NCBI GenBank assembly: GCA_951406725.2
Contig: OX597818.1
Location: forward strand, 32,798,001 to 32,862,000
Source: Octopus vulgaris
Taxonomy: Eukaryota
Direction: 5' to 3'
DNA length: 64,000 nucleotides
Shown here: piece by piece, positions 1 to 13,265 of the stretch
How the letters are laid out: the number at the start of each line of letters is the position of its first letter
Numbering within the stretch: position 1 is the first letter of the stretch
Notes under the pieces: model-generated
Told to the model about the DNA's origin: nothing
The model's input: only the letters and a program-made list of their open reading frames with translations
Databases searched by the model: none
Program-made: the position numbers and the translations under genes

Positions 1-84
1 ACTGCTAGTCTTGTTATATATCAAAAACTGATGTCACTAAACCCTCAACATAGTTAATCTATAGCTGCGGCTTTTCTAATAAAG

Positions 85-437
85 AAGTGGTTCTCAACCA
101 TGTTTTACGTATGAACCCCTTTGATTACTATTTTATTCTGGTGGATCCCTTTAACCATTCGATGTTCATAACTATTTATATATTTATATAGACACGTCTT
201 CCAAAATTTCTATTTTGTTTTTTTACACATTCACTTCTGGAGGTTGAACTAAGCAAAACGTTTGAGAAATAAATTTAGTTGTTTATTACAATAAATATAT
301 CTAAAGGAAAACTTTTCCTCGACCCTGAAAATACTAATGTGGATCCCTAATTTACTATTTTGCTCGCATGCTCCCTCCACCGACCACAATCCCATATGGA
401 TTCCTCGGGCGAAATAGAGCCCGGTTTAGAACAACTG
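85..437. mobile_element. Putative old non-autonomous hAT (MER5/Charlie-like) MITE
   Basis: AAGTGGTTCTCAACC (85-99) and GGTTTAGAACAACTG (423-437) are inverted repeats at 12/15 and resemble the CAGTGGTTCTCAACC-type hAT terminus. No clean TSD. Confidence 0.4.
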
Positions 438-1313
438 TTCAAAATAAGTGTTGATTTTCACAAGTGTTGATTTTAAAGCGGTAAATTCATCGAACATTTT
501 GTGGGTATATATAAACAATGTAGAAAAATGGTACCTTAGTTTATCGGCTTGGAAAAGTAAAATATATTATTCAGCTCAGTGGATTTGAACTCAAAATTAA
601 CTGCTGTTTCGTTAAAAAATACTTGATACAATTACAAATTTAAAGGAAGATTTCTTTCTAAGTTATCAACTATTTAAAGAAAATTATTTCGAGAATAGAA
701 TGTCACCGACCTTTGGAGAAGTTTTATGCGTTGTATACTACTTGGAATGTGAACACTATTAAACATTGCTTAAACTCGCCATTACTAAGGATTTATGTAA
801 ATCAGGTTTACTGATTTGCATATATAACCCATTGTTGGCAACTAGTACAATTAAGAAACTTCATGGTATGAACAGAGCTTTGTTTCAGTGACAATATATT
901 TACAACTTGTCTATTATGTACATTATATACGAAAATCGATAGATACATTGTGTAGTAAAGAACTGCATTGAAACAAAACACTTCAATGCAGATTAATTCA
1001 AGTTTCCACCTAAACACAAAGAGGGCATAATTTTAACAATAGTGGTGTCTTTGAGCGGGGACTCTATGGCTACATAATAATTGTATTACATCACTCATGA
1101 AATCCCAATACGGGTGTGAAACTATTTCAGATGACACCCTGTTTTCTGCCGACGAATACATTGTATATAAAAAGGCTATTCCAATTTGTCTTAACTAAAA
1201 TCCGTAGTATATTCTATAGAACAGTAAAGCAATTAACCATTTAATTCGAAGTCCACAGAGTACTGCTCTGCAATTATTTCTCATACCAAACATTAATATA
1301 TTTACATTGTAAG

Positions 1314-1525
1314 AAGGCGGCGAGCTGGCTGAAACGTTAGCGGTATTTCGTCTGCCGTTTCGTTCTGAGTTCAAATTCCGCCGAAGTCGACTTTGCCTTT
1401 CATCCTTTCGGGGTCGATAAATTAAGTACCAGTTACGCACTGGGGTCGATGTAATCGACTTAATCCGTTTGTCTGTCCTTGTTTGCCCTCTCTGTGTTTA
1501 GCCTCTTGTGGGTAGTAAAGAAATA
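1314..1525 (+). mobile_element. tRNA-derived SINE type A (Deu/Nin-like central domain)
   Basis: GGCGGCGAGCTGG head, B box GAGTTCAAATTCC, central CCTTTCATCCTTTCGGGGTCGATAAATTAAGTACCAG. Perfect 16-bp TSD ATATTTACATTGTAAG at 1298-1313 and 1526-1541. Many copies in the window. Confidence 0.9.
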
Positions 1526-2049
1526 ATATTTACATTGTAAGTTCTGCAATTCAATTTTACACTCAATTTGCGTTCACAGGGCACCGTCAATTCAAAAATA
1601 TTGGCATATTTTAGTCAAAATATTCCACGATAGAAGATTAACGTCTTGTTTCGTTATTGCAATACGGTTTCAAACTACGGTGTTTCATTCATTCTGAGGC
1701 ATCTTTTGTTTATTTAGAAGTTTCGAATAGGTTTTCTTTTTCATCGGCAATTCTTTTTCGGGTTCTTTGTGGAAAACTGCAAAGTGCGAGTTAGATGACT
1801 CTCTTCTAACACGCTGCCAAATATAACTGACATTGAAAATCGAAGTGGAACATGGACACGATTAACGGCATAGGTAAAAAGTGGGACACCCCTCATCAGA
1901 CATAGAGATCAGAAACTACTTAGGTTCGGTGCATTTAAAATCCATATGCATTTAATTCTGTGGTACTAATGATAGCTCTTATCACTGAAACGATAGACGT
2001 TAGAAAGAAAACGATTTAAAAGTTGTGCCTATAATAGAAACGAATATTA

Positions 2050-2700
2050 TTATATTTAGTACTGACCCATGTAGTTTAACAAATGGGTCTCTTCTCTCTC
2101 TGAGACACGAATTTATTCGAAGCCTTAAAGGAAAATTTATTATTTGGTGTATTAGCTCCAAACAGATTTCAACTATCAGTGGATAATCGGATCCCGTTAC
2201 ACTGACGGAATAATAGAGGAGGCAGATCCCTTATCTGGAACGCGACGTGCAACGACACGTTCTCTGACTCCAACTTTGCTGTTTCGGTCACAAACCCGGG
2301 CATCACCACCAGTAACGCAGACTAGAGAAAAATTAGTTTGTATAGGAACCTGACCGGTAGTAGTCACTTGGTGGCTGCCGCCGTCGAGACCCCGAGTGTT
2401 TTTGGATCCCGCACGATCGATATCCTCCGCAAAATCGCGATAACAGCGGTCCGTTTGAGAAATAAGCCTGGCGCGGTGGACGGCCGCTGCAGTTAGTGTC
2501 GTTGGACTTTCTCCCCTGCAACGTTATCATGGTCACATCCACAAGGTGTAACCGAACAGGCCATTTGTTCTGGGGTGTACTAGCCCCTTCATCTTCTGCT
2601 GCATATTCCCTACTGTTTTTCTCTTCCGTTTTTTTTTTCAATATTTATGTAAATAAAAGTAATTGTAAGTAAAAGAAAAAATATTAAACGTTAAAATAAT
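2050..2700 (+). mobile_element. Decayed 3' end of a CRE-like non-LTR retrotransposon (restriction-like endonuclease domain)
   Basis: From 2221 translates GRSLIWNATCNDTFSDS...*RKISLYRNL...LVAAAVETPSVFG, matching the CRE-clade pattern GxxLxWDxTCxDT...KxxKYxxL...PxAVETxGxxG. An A-rich tail follows. Confidence 0.55.
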
Positions 2701-3462
2701 TTAACTCTATAATATGTAAAAGAAAAATGGTTTGATATAGCTCTGCCATACATTTGTAACCCACAATATGGAGCAGGAAAATATAATAGGGACGATATGA
2801 AACATTGATATTGATTGATATCCGTGGCTGGTCATTATGTTTTTTTATGGCAGCATTTGAGAAAGATGAGATATGGTTAGACTGGAGTCAAAATGGATAT
2901 CGAGATTTCAGTGACTCAGAAGATCCCATGGATATACAAGAGTGTGTGTAGGTAAGTACGCTGATGTAGAAGCAAAGGCAGCAGACCTCAGCAAACCTCT
3001 GGAGCACCGTCAATCACAGATCCTGGAATAGAGGAAAAGCGAATAGACAATTTTGTTACCTAATAACTGGGAACAGTAGCACTACTCCATCATTGGATGA
3101 CGAGGAAGGAATAACCGACGCAGAGATAAATATCTAAAATGTCAGAGGAATTACAAAAGTAAAAGGGAGAAATAAGTTTTATAAAACTTAAATTTAATTG
3201 TGAAACATTCCATCCATCATCTTTCTTTAAAATTTTGCCCACCCAAACCTTTAGTCACCTATTTAACATCCATTATATTTTAAACGCATCACTTGGAGAA
3301 CTTGGGGTGGTGTGTTGGGCAATAGGCAGAATGCTGGATGATCCGTTAGACAAAATGCCCTGAGGTATTTTATATGCTTATGTGGTAGCGTGGCTATGTG
3401 CTAAGAAGCTTGCTTCTGAACCACATGTTTCCGGGTTCTGTAATCATCATACAAGTGTCTTC

Positions 3463-3513
<51 letters not shown>

Positions 3514-3963
3514 AAGGCTTTAGCCTCGGGCCAATTCTATAGCCATGCGAGTGGATTTGGTTGGTGATTCGTCAAACCGAAATAGCAAATATATACGCGA
3601 TTCATTAGAATCAAAGAAAATTCATATATATATAGGGCAAAAATTTTAGAATTTTTAGTAGTGGGAAAAATTAAATTCATAGACATTTTAAGTTACATCA
3701 ACAATCAAGGAACGGCCATAATAGGCATTCACCCACTAGAAATAACAAAGCTAACGAAAATAACATTAATTAAACGAGAAAATTAAAAAAAATTTCCCTG
3801 TAATTTCTCGATGCCGTTTCATCTATTGTTTAATGGTAACAACCTGATTAAATAAATCAAGCAATTTCCATGGCCCTTAGATCGTCAGTAAAAAAGCCAG
3901 ATCGAACAGATATTTTCAGAGGCATTTCTGTCCCGCCTCGGCAAAGCTGTTAGAGCGTTGTGA

Positions 3964-4092
<129 letters not shown>

Positions 4093-4395
4093 GTTAAAGC
4101 ATTAAAGCAAGGCAAACATCTGAAGTCGTATACAATATTATAACTGAAAAAAATTTATTATTGGAAAAAAATTCCAAAAATAATATTGTATACGACTTGA
4201 GATGTTTGCTTTGCCTTAATGTTTGTTGTCCCCTTTAACCATTATATATCTGCTGCATCGGAAACCTGCATTGGCTCCATAACCGCTGTCTCGGCTATAA
4301 CCTTGGAGTCCTAGTAATCCGTTACAGCACTTACCTAGAGTACCTAATCGCTTAGATCACCTGTGAACTAAACCCTCATACTTTGTGCGTATATG

Positions 4396-4429
<34 letters not shown>

Positions 4430-4779
4430 TGTATGTATGTATGTATGTATGCTTGTATGTATGTGTGTACGTATATACATGCACACGTCTCCAATTTTCT
4501 GCAATACTTGTCTTGAGATAACATCTCATATGAACTTGATATGCTAAAAGCACCATAAATATGAGACACAAACATTTGTCTCAACAGCAGCCAGCAAAAG
4601 TGCCAGAATCATTTTGGTCTTATACACACACACAAACACACACGCATACACACACAGACAGCCGCATACTTGCATACGCACGCACACACATATATACTTA
4701 CATATATATATATATACATATACTCACATATATAAGCATACACACATATACATATGTATGGTATATATCTATGTGTTAG

Positions 4780-7700
4780 CTTGCGAGCGGGAAAATGTTT
4801 CATAAACGCGTGTACTTTCAAAGAATTTGTTAGACCAAGTTTGCGTGAAAACAAATTCTGACGAAGCCGTGTGTTTGAATCAAAGCTGTGATGTTGTCTG
4901 CAGCTGTACAGAGAGTTTCTGTGAAAGCAATTCATTCACAAGGCCCGAATCGCATCAAGACATTGTTAAAATTTATTTTATCAAGCTACTACGATCGATC
5001 CTGGAACATTTATGTTTACGGAGCGAACTTGTTACCCTCATAATCGAACCTCAATTTATCAATATATCAAATTTATGAATCAGTCATATCGCAGAGTGCT
5101 TGTGCTTTCTTTTTCTTTTATATCAATATTAACCTTATTGAAGGTCTGTATTAGTAATGTTAATCAGCTCTACAGATCGATGCTAATGCCACATATATAC
5201 ATAATCACGTACAGCAAAGCAATGTAGAGAACTATCAACATCAAGACAGTGTAAAAGTGCTATTAGATAACAGTTGAACAGCATCCTTTAGCACTGCTTT
5301 CAGCGCATGACTAAACTCGAGTTTCTGCGCGGATCTGAGCTAAGTAAATTTTTAATTTCAAAATATTATTGACTAATGGAAAAGTTTAAAAAGCTGATTT
5401 TGCTCTTCTTTTGCTTCTGATTCTTTAAATCCAGCTAGGGTTACATTAACTTTCTAAAACACTTGTAATTTCATTTCACGCTCCTTCATATAAATCATCC
5501 TACTCTAATATCATTACGCATGAAGCCGGTTCAGTTTACGATCACAATAAATTTATTCAATCTATTTGAGAAGCAAGTAAATTTCAGCGTGTAGATTAAT
5601 TTCCTGAAACATTGCTTGATATGCAGTGTCATACTTAACAGAATCAGTAACATTCACGTATCTAAATGATTTATTTTGACCAGCTATACAAACTAACTGA
5701 TTTCCATACGCAATTTCATGATTAAGAACATTGTGTGACACCTTCATACCCAGCTACATTAATATACTTGAAGATATCAGATCTGAAATTACGGAGTGAC
5801 CCACTTCCTTGCACTTCGCTATTATACTCACCAGATGTTATGAAGTAATTCTATCACAATCGAATTCTCATGTTAAATAAAGGCTCACAAACAAATTCCT
5901 TTGGATTACAATTAAGCTCTACCATATCGATTCTTCCTGCCACAAACATTTGATCAACGTTCTCACTAGCTTTGCTACTTATATCACAGATGCGTGACCT
6001 TTCGTTGCTACTCTACTACTCTTAACAATTCTGACTGGATCGCTCCCGCTACACAACTACCCAGCCTGCATTTGTTGACATGGCTGTCCGATGTCTCAGT
6101 GAGAGTGGGATTTCTAGCAACTCCTGTTTTTGAAGCATTGAGTCTGTACATAATAAAGAGACCGGAGAAAGACGACCCGTCATAGGTTAAGCGTGTGATT
6201 TGAAACAGTTCTGATACATGAACATTCTAACTTCTGAGCAGATGCTATTGTACACCGAAGTGTCCAGCCTCTAAAAATGGGGCTGAAAAATGGCGCCAAA
6301 ACCGACTATTCTAAGAACAGTTATCAACAAAGGATAGTCGACTCTTTTGAAAGCGCTCGACTGATTCAAATTGACGTGTCATCGAAATCACGTTCACTAT
6401 ACACCTTGTATACACTATACACCGCAGAAAGTGGAGGCAGTCGTCGACCGCATCTGGCTGGAGTTTTGAAAAGATTTGTACATTCTACACTACTTATGAC
6501 GAAAGCCGATCTCCTTGGCCAGATTTTTTAACTCCGCGTTCAGCAGATTTACATACCGGAAACTTTGAATAAAATCTTATTTTTTATTTCTTTTCTCAGC
6601 AGAGCGTCCACTCCTCGACTCATAAAGCTTGAAATTCTTATATTTAACTGCCACTTACGGTAGAACTTACCAGTCACTCGGTCAGTAATTCTGACAGGTA
6701 TTTGCAAAGTTCATGCAACAGGCGATCCAAACCTAGCACTTTCCACTCGCACAAGCACAATATTCAAAGTACTGTTGACAGTGTTTTTATCCAAGACTTT
6801 CGCATCTTTCTCCAGGAGCGTAACAGACGACAAATGCACTTCTATCCCTTCATCTACCTTGCATTGTACTGTTCCGTAAAGTGTCGAGGGAAAGCCACAT
6901 ACATCCGCACACATCGAGTAGTAGAGCATTTTATTGCACCAATGTGGACTTGTGTTTTGATGCTACATCGCACATCATCATCCGAGCTCATCGAACAACT
7001 TCCGTTCCTTCGTGTCAAAGAGGAGACGCCTTATTACTAACGGAACACACCTTTCTGTTCTTAGTTGAAGAAATTGCCTACGACCATTCTCATCAGCGCC
7101 ATTTGATGATAACCGCTCACTTTAACTACTAATCAATTAATTTGTTCATCCGGTCACTGTACTCTAGGAAAGAGATGGTGAGCTATCAGTAACTGGTATC
7201 TGGTCTATGCATTTTATCTAGATGGTCTATGCAACTACCAAATTTGTGTCCGATGTAGATATTCGTTTGAAACTGAGGACACCATAAACAGTCACTAGTA
7301 GTTGATATAAAAACTACTCTGCCTTGTTACGATATGAACAAACACTTTGTAGATATTCTCTATTCATACATTTTATTCAGCTGATTCAGTGAGTGCCAGT
7401 TAAAGAAATGAAAATGTTGGTGTAGAATTGTGAGGCTGGAACTTCCGTTGTTTCCAACAGATGGTATTTTCAAAACGCCACTTTATTTTCCACTAGTACG
7501 AGCGCACCGTTCCGATGAACGGTTCTAGCCACACGAATAAATCCATCTTTTGTGTCTTGGTCGAGGCACAGCCAGTCATTAGTCTGAAAGTACCACTTTT
7601 GGTCTTCTCAATGTTCAAACCCATCAACTTATAATCCAGTTTCAGGAAAATCTTCCGTATCTCAAGATCTAAATCTTTTCGAAGTAACACTATCACCCTC

Positions 7701-7800
7701 AACTACATGACGTATGTCTAGAACTCGTATATACTGGATAACCCCGGGCTGCCTGCGTTGTGCAATTCTTGGTTACGATGTTGATTATTAGATTTATGCC
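4780..7800 (-). mobile_element. Heavily decayed L1/Tx1-clade LINE ORF2 (APE endonuclease, RT, C-terminal zinc region)
   Basis: Minus strand: VIVLLRKDLDLEIRKIF..SGTFRL (APE-like, 7493-7702); FRYVNLLNAELKNLAK near 6560-6515 (cf. RPISLLNxDYKILAK); NLNQSSAFKRVDY near 6372-6334 (cf. LDQxKAFDRVDH); HAF-containing C-terminal remnant near 4810. Many stops and frameshifts. Confidence 0.7.
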
Positions 7801-8175
7801 CAGTGATCTGGGGTGGTACAGCAAATGACGTTGATTTCAAGCTAAACCCATGCTACAGTCATTTATACATTCTACTCTGAGTTGGAGGTAGAAACGTTAA
7901 AAGGGAGAGATCACATGATTCGAAACCAGTGCGTATGTTTTTATCGGCAGAATGACACTCCGATATTTATTTAAGCAGAAGCCCAACAGTTTGGAGAGAA
8001 ATGGGTTAAGCGATGCCAACGATCCCAATATTCGAGATTGGTTTTCTCGTTTTATCAACTCCGGATGAATGAAAAGCCAAATCGACTTCATCAACATCTT
8101 ATGCAGAAGTAGCATCGGCAGCGAGACTCCATCACACCTTCCCCGGAAACAGAATTAAGAAGAGCAACAACAAAA

Positions 8176-8176
<1 letters not shown>

Positions 8177-8246
<70 letters not shown>

Positions 8247-8259
8247 CACCACCACCACC

Positions 8260-8357
<98 letters not shown>

Positions 8358-8358
8358 A
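8177..8358. repeat. Compound trinucleotide array (CTA)n(CCA)n(CTA)n(CTG)n
   Basis: Direct reading. Confidence 0.95.
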
Positions 8359-8600
8359 GTGACATCGTTCAAGAATGTTTCGGAGAAGGCTGGCACTAAT
8401 AGAAAAATACCAAAATGCAGACATTTTCAAGCAACAATTGTCAAACGCGCTATTTACATTAAACTCACAAAACGAGCACAACAAATATCACTGAAGTTAC
8501 ATTTTGGGGAATATCAAATCAGTTTTAGACAATATTACATAAATATATTTGTAAATAATATCGATCAACAGTAACAAGTAATCGAATTCCGCTCATTATA

Positions 8601-9440
8601 TCAGGTCATCCCATAAGTTCTGTCCAAATTTCGAATAAAGAAAACGAGTGATAAAAAGTTATATTTAATTGAAATTTAATCATCAATGTACTTTCCCGGA
8701 TTATCTATGACTTCCTTCCATCTATTTACAAGCTTTTTAATCCTATCAATGTAAAACTCTTCTGGTTTCAAAGCGAACAACTCTGAAATGTCAGTTTCGA
8801 CCTCCTCCTGGCTTGCGAAAGTTATGTTCCCCAAATGATTCTGTAAACTACGAAACAAATGATAGTCTGAAGGAGCAAGGTCGGGAGAATAAGGTGGATG
8901 AAGAATTTTTTCCCAACCAAGCTCTTCGATGTTCTGTGATGTGATATTTGCAGTGTGGGGTCATTCATTATCCTGATGAAACATCACACCGTTTCGATTC
9001 ATTAAAGCGGATCTATTTTTCTTCAAAGCTTGGTCCAAACGCTCTAATTGCTGACAGTAAGACTTGAGCACTGATTGTTGCATTAGGTGGTAACAAATTC
9101 AAAGTGAATTACTCCTTTGCAATCCCACCAGATAGAGAGAAGAACATTTTCCCCATGAAGTTCCCTTCTCGGTTGTGGTTGGGCTTTTACCCTTTTACCA
9201 AGCCACTGTTTACGACGTTTAACATTTCGATAGAAGATCCATTTTTCCTCACCAGTCACAAGTCTATCCAAAAAGGGTGAAATGAGTTCGCGAGAGTGGA
9301 GAGAAGAGCAGATGTCAACTCGGGATTTGCGTTTGCTTTCAGACAATTCATGAGGCACCCATTTTCCAAATTTAGGAACCTTTTCAAGTTGTTGAAAATG
9401 ACGATGAACAGTTATATGGTTTAAACTATACTGTATGCTA
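8601..9440 (-). mobile_element. Mariner (DD34D) transposon remnant, 5'-truncated, with transposase pseudogene
   Basis: Motifs KWVPHELS, LDRLVTGEEKWI, QDN, HPPYSPDLAPSDYHLFRSLQ and a C-terminus ending RWKEVIDNPGKYIDD. Probable TIR TCAGGTCATCCCATAAGTTCTGTCC at 8601, preceded by TA. Frameshifts and stops. Confidence 0.9.
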
Positions 9441-9580
9441 ATTCTTCAACACTCGATCGGATCAACACTGGAACACTCGTCGTTGTAGCCGACGGAGTGC
9501 CACACATGTTTGTATAAGTATTTATGTGGATATACACATGTATGTATGAAAATTATATATACTATCACAGAAATGTTCCC

Positions 9581-9736
9581 GAGTGGCTGTGTGGTAAGAA
9601 GCTTACTTACCAACCACATGTTTCCGGAATCAGTCTCACTGCGTGGCACCTTGGGCAAGTGTCTTCTACTATAGCCTCGGGTCGACCAAAGCTTTGTGAG
9701 TGGACTTGGTAGACGGAAACTGAAAGAAACCTATCG

Positions 9737-9783
<47 letters not shown>

Positions 9784-9965
9784 ACATATTTGTGTGTCTG
9801 TGTTTGTCCCCCCAACATCACTTGACAACCGATGCTGGAGACCCCGATCGAATAAGTACTAGGCCTACAAAGAATAAGACCTGGGGGTCGATTTACTCGA
9901 CTAAAAGGCAGTGCTCCAGTATTGCCGCAGTCAAATGACTGAAACAAATAAAAGAATAAAAGAAT
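9581..9965 (+). mobile_element. tRNA-derived SINE type B (CORE-like domain, internal TA/TG microsatellite)
   Basis: GAGTGGCTGTGTGGTAAG head, CACCTTGGGCAAGTG CORE-like motif, internal (TA)(TG) run and GCAGTCAAATGACTGAAAC + (AAAAGAAT)n tail. Homologous to copies at 15164, 35427, 52836 and 54822. Confidence 0.88.
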
Positions 9966-11237
9966 TGGCGTAGAAAAATGTGCTGGGATCAGCAGCTCTA
10001 TTTACCGTTATTTGGTCATCATATTCTAACAAGCTGGGAAACACACATGACGGGAAACAAATATTGGCAGACAGATGTCATAAGATTAGACTTATACAGG
10101 AAGAAAGCAAACTGAGATATCATTATATTCATACTAAATATAGCTGTTTTCTGTAATGTAAATATAAAACTCTCTATATAGTTCATACCAAAATATTTTC
10201 TTAGTTAATTTATATGCCTCATCTATCTACGAAAGCTATTAACAAATCGAAGATTTGTGATTGGTTTTCAGTTTGTTACTATATATATGTAACTCGTTAA
10301 CGAAGATAGCAACATAATATTTTGGCGGAGCATATAGAATTACAAGGAAGAATATCGATAGAAGTATTAATATTTAGATTTGATAAATTGGGAAATATAT
10401 GTGTTGTAACGTATTTCCTTTAAAATGACGTGTCTGCGAATTTAATCACATAAGTTTTACTGTTATTGTTTAACCCGAGGACTATCTTGATTGAGCAAAC
10501 CTATGATCAAATACATTCCAGTATAAGGGATGTTATTTATTTTATTTTTGTGGGAGTTCTCAAGTCTGGGTTTGATTTGAGGATAATTTTACTGCTAATT
10601 ATAGAATCTGGAATGTCAATGAAATGAGTTGTAGTTAAACAATTTGCAATGCCTTTTCGCTTTTAAGCATATGAAAAATTTGAAATTTTTTTTCCTGAGG
10701 GTCTATCATCTCTCGCTTGTTAAATCGTCATTTCGGCGATTTATCTTTATGATCTACTATCGAACGTGTGTCGAATGATATAAGTTTTAGTTTAGGCTCG
10801 AGGATATAATATGAAACAAAATGAATGATAAATCAAACATATTTGTGCATATCTAAAATATATATCTGAACATTAAATGTCCATATTTTTTCTTTCCTTT
10901 TCCATAGGAAAGTGGGGAAAAATATAACAGCCTCTGCTTCATATAACAGACATTAACTTATGCATTAACAGTTGATATTGTTTTCGTTTTAGCTAGTCAG
11001 GTATGAGATGCGCCTGACCAAGTAAAGCTACATTCAAACTAGTTATATCAGTGACCAACTCACCTTTATTTTATCAATGTAGAAAAATCTCGAAACCTCA
11101 TTATCTAGCTGCTTTAAAAAAAAAATAATAATGTAATGTCATTTGAGAGAATTAGGTTGCATTTTATGGCAAGTCGAGCAGTCTTATTGAATCCTGCTGG
11201 TGGATCTGAGTTGATGTTAATATTCTTTAGCAGCTTA

Positions 11238-11420
11238 ATGTGGTGAGCTGGTAAAATGCCAAGCGGTTTTTCTGAGTTCAGAGTTCAAATGTCGCCGAGG
11301 TCAACTTTGCTTTCATCATTTCAGGGTCGATAAAACAAGTAAGCTTTGAACACTGGGATCAATGTAATCGATTTATTCCTTGACACGAAATTCCTGGCCT
11401 CGTGCCAAAATTTGAAGCCA
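11238..11420 (+). mobile_element. Older SINE type A copy with alternative tail
   Basis: GGTGAGCTGG...GAGTTCAAATGTCGCCGAGGTCAACTTTGC...GGGTCGATAAA, ending GGCCTCGTGCCAAAATTTGAAGCC. Confidence 0.7.
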
Positions 11421-13216
11421 ATATAATTTTGCTGCTGGTCAGTCTTGCCCAAAGAAACCAAGCTTACAGTATCATTTCTTTTAGGTATACAATATATAAG
11501 ACTACATTATCCAGTTTTACAAAACAAAATAATAAAATAATAAAACAAAGCAGTAGTGTTCAGTGATGGGAATTAGGCCTCTATTTCTAGGAAGTTGAAC
11601 GGTCATCCTCGTTGACTGCTGAGTTGTCTGAGTCGTACACACGCGATTAGCTCACTGCATTTCTAAAATTTGTCCTCATATATTACGATTAGTGACAGGG
11701 GTCAAAAACTGACACACTCTTGTTACACCATGGAAAAACATCTCCAGTAATGACAAAGTAACTCATTTATGGTTAAATTATGTTCGATTAGCGTTGCAAA
11801 TAAAATGAAAAGTTTTCAAAAAGGGAAGCGAAAGTGAACTAAAACTTATGTAAGACACCCTTTAATTCTACTGTACCTATGCTGTCCTAAAACGAAAAAG
11901 GAAACAAAAAGAAAATTCTAGAAATGTCACATCAAAGAACACCAAACACAACCGCTGGTACAAACTATAACACCAATAAAAATAATATGCTAATATGGGC
12001 GATATTAATGAGTGGACCAACCTGCTTGAAATGCAAGCCAATAGTCCCTTTAATCACATTTTTAATCTTAAGTTAAACATATATGAAAATATATTCTTAC
12101 ATACATTTAAAATGTGGAGATAGTCATGGATGAATTGGTTTTGATCGCAAATCAGTTTGATTAGGAATGGTTTAGAAATAAACAGCAAGAAGAGTAAAAT
12201 CAAAATGAAAACAAGTACATTTTGTTCAAAAACGAAACTTATCAAAAATATTTTTAAAAGTTAAGTGTAACAAAAAAGTTCATAATTGTTTCTTACTAGT
12301 CTCAACAGAGCCTACGTGGTGGTGTTTTGTGTGTGGGAGCATAATGGCTGTCTTGTATGTTGACTAGAATCGTTGGCTGTAATAGTGAAAGTACTATTGA
12401 CCATGATAGCAGTAGTTGAGACTAGTAAGAGACAAGTATGAACTTTTTATTACACTTAACTTTTAAAAATATATATTTTCGATAAGGTTCGTTTTTTCAA
12501 GAAGAACCGAAACATGTAAAATCTCTCAGAATATTAAAATGTATCTTATATTGTGGCATTGTGGCGTTTTCAAACTTCCTTTTTATAAATATATATCCAC
12601 TCCTATGTAATTTACATTTTATATATATATAATTCATGCTCTCACACATGTACATCTGCTCTGTTGCGTTTGCCTTCCAACCACTTAAGATTTTGCTAAT
12701 CCATCGTCCGAACAATACCATAAACGCCACCATCACCGCCACTACCACTACCACCATCATCAACTACAGTAACAACAGACAGAACAACAAAAATAACGAG
12801 AACGAAACAACAATTGCAATAACATAGAGTTTCCCTCCCCAGAATGAAATAAGAAATTTAAAAGAATTACCAAACTGAATCCGAATTTGTGACAGTCTTT
12901 TAAAGCTCATTAATCATTGATTAAACCCAGGAAAAATGACTGAGAAAACTTCATCAGTATAAACTAGTGATTCTCAGGAGTTTCCCCTCAATCTCTGCCT
13001 TCATTATCTTCATCTGTCTGTCTCATTGCATGGTCCCCCTCGCCCTTGCCTTCCGCTTTCAAGGTTTGGCTTGTATCATTTATATTGTCATATAACACTA
13101 GCTTCCTCATGCGTCGATTGAGATGTAAGAGCACGGAAAGCTTAAGAGATTCGAATTGGCGGTGTCATGTAAATGTGAAAATAAGTAGCAAGGTCTTACA
13201 TCTGGCTGGTAGAAGC

Positions 13217-13265
<49 letters not shown>

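Noticed and set aside
1195-1440. Recurrent MRNWYL..RPRKDERQSRPRRNLNSER ORF family (also 25491, 39038, 44861, 59123)
   Set aside because: Antisense reading of SINE type A; starts are GTG and C-termini run into unrelated flanks.
3860-3890. Minus-strand CTGACGA..GAAAT hammerhead-like core
   Set aside because: No convincing stem I or stem II pairing.
8091-8484. Poly-Ser/Gly and poly-Val/Ala ORFs
   Set aside because: Products of the compound trinucleotide repeat.
11055-11125. Minus-strand exon candidate ending AAAG|GTGAGT
   Set aside because: It seems to lie within a decayed repeat resembling 10470-10600, and there is no supporting coding signal.
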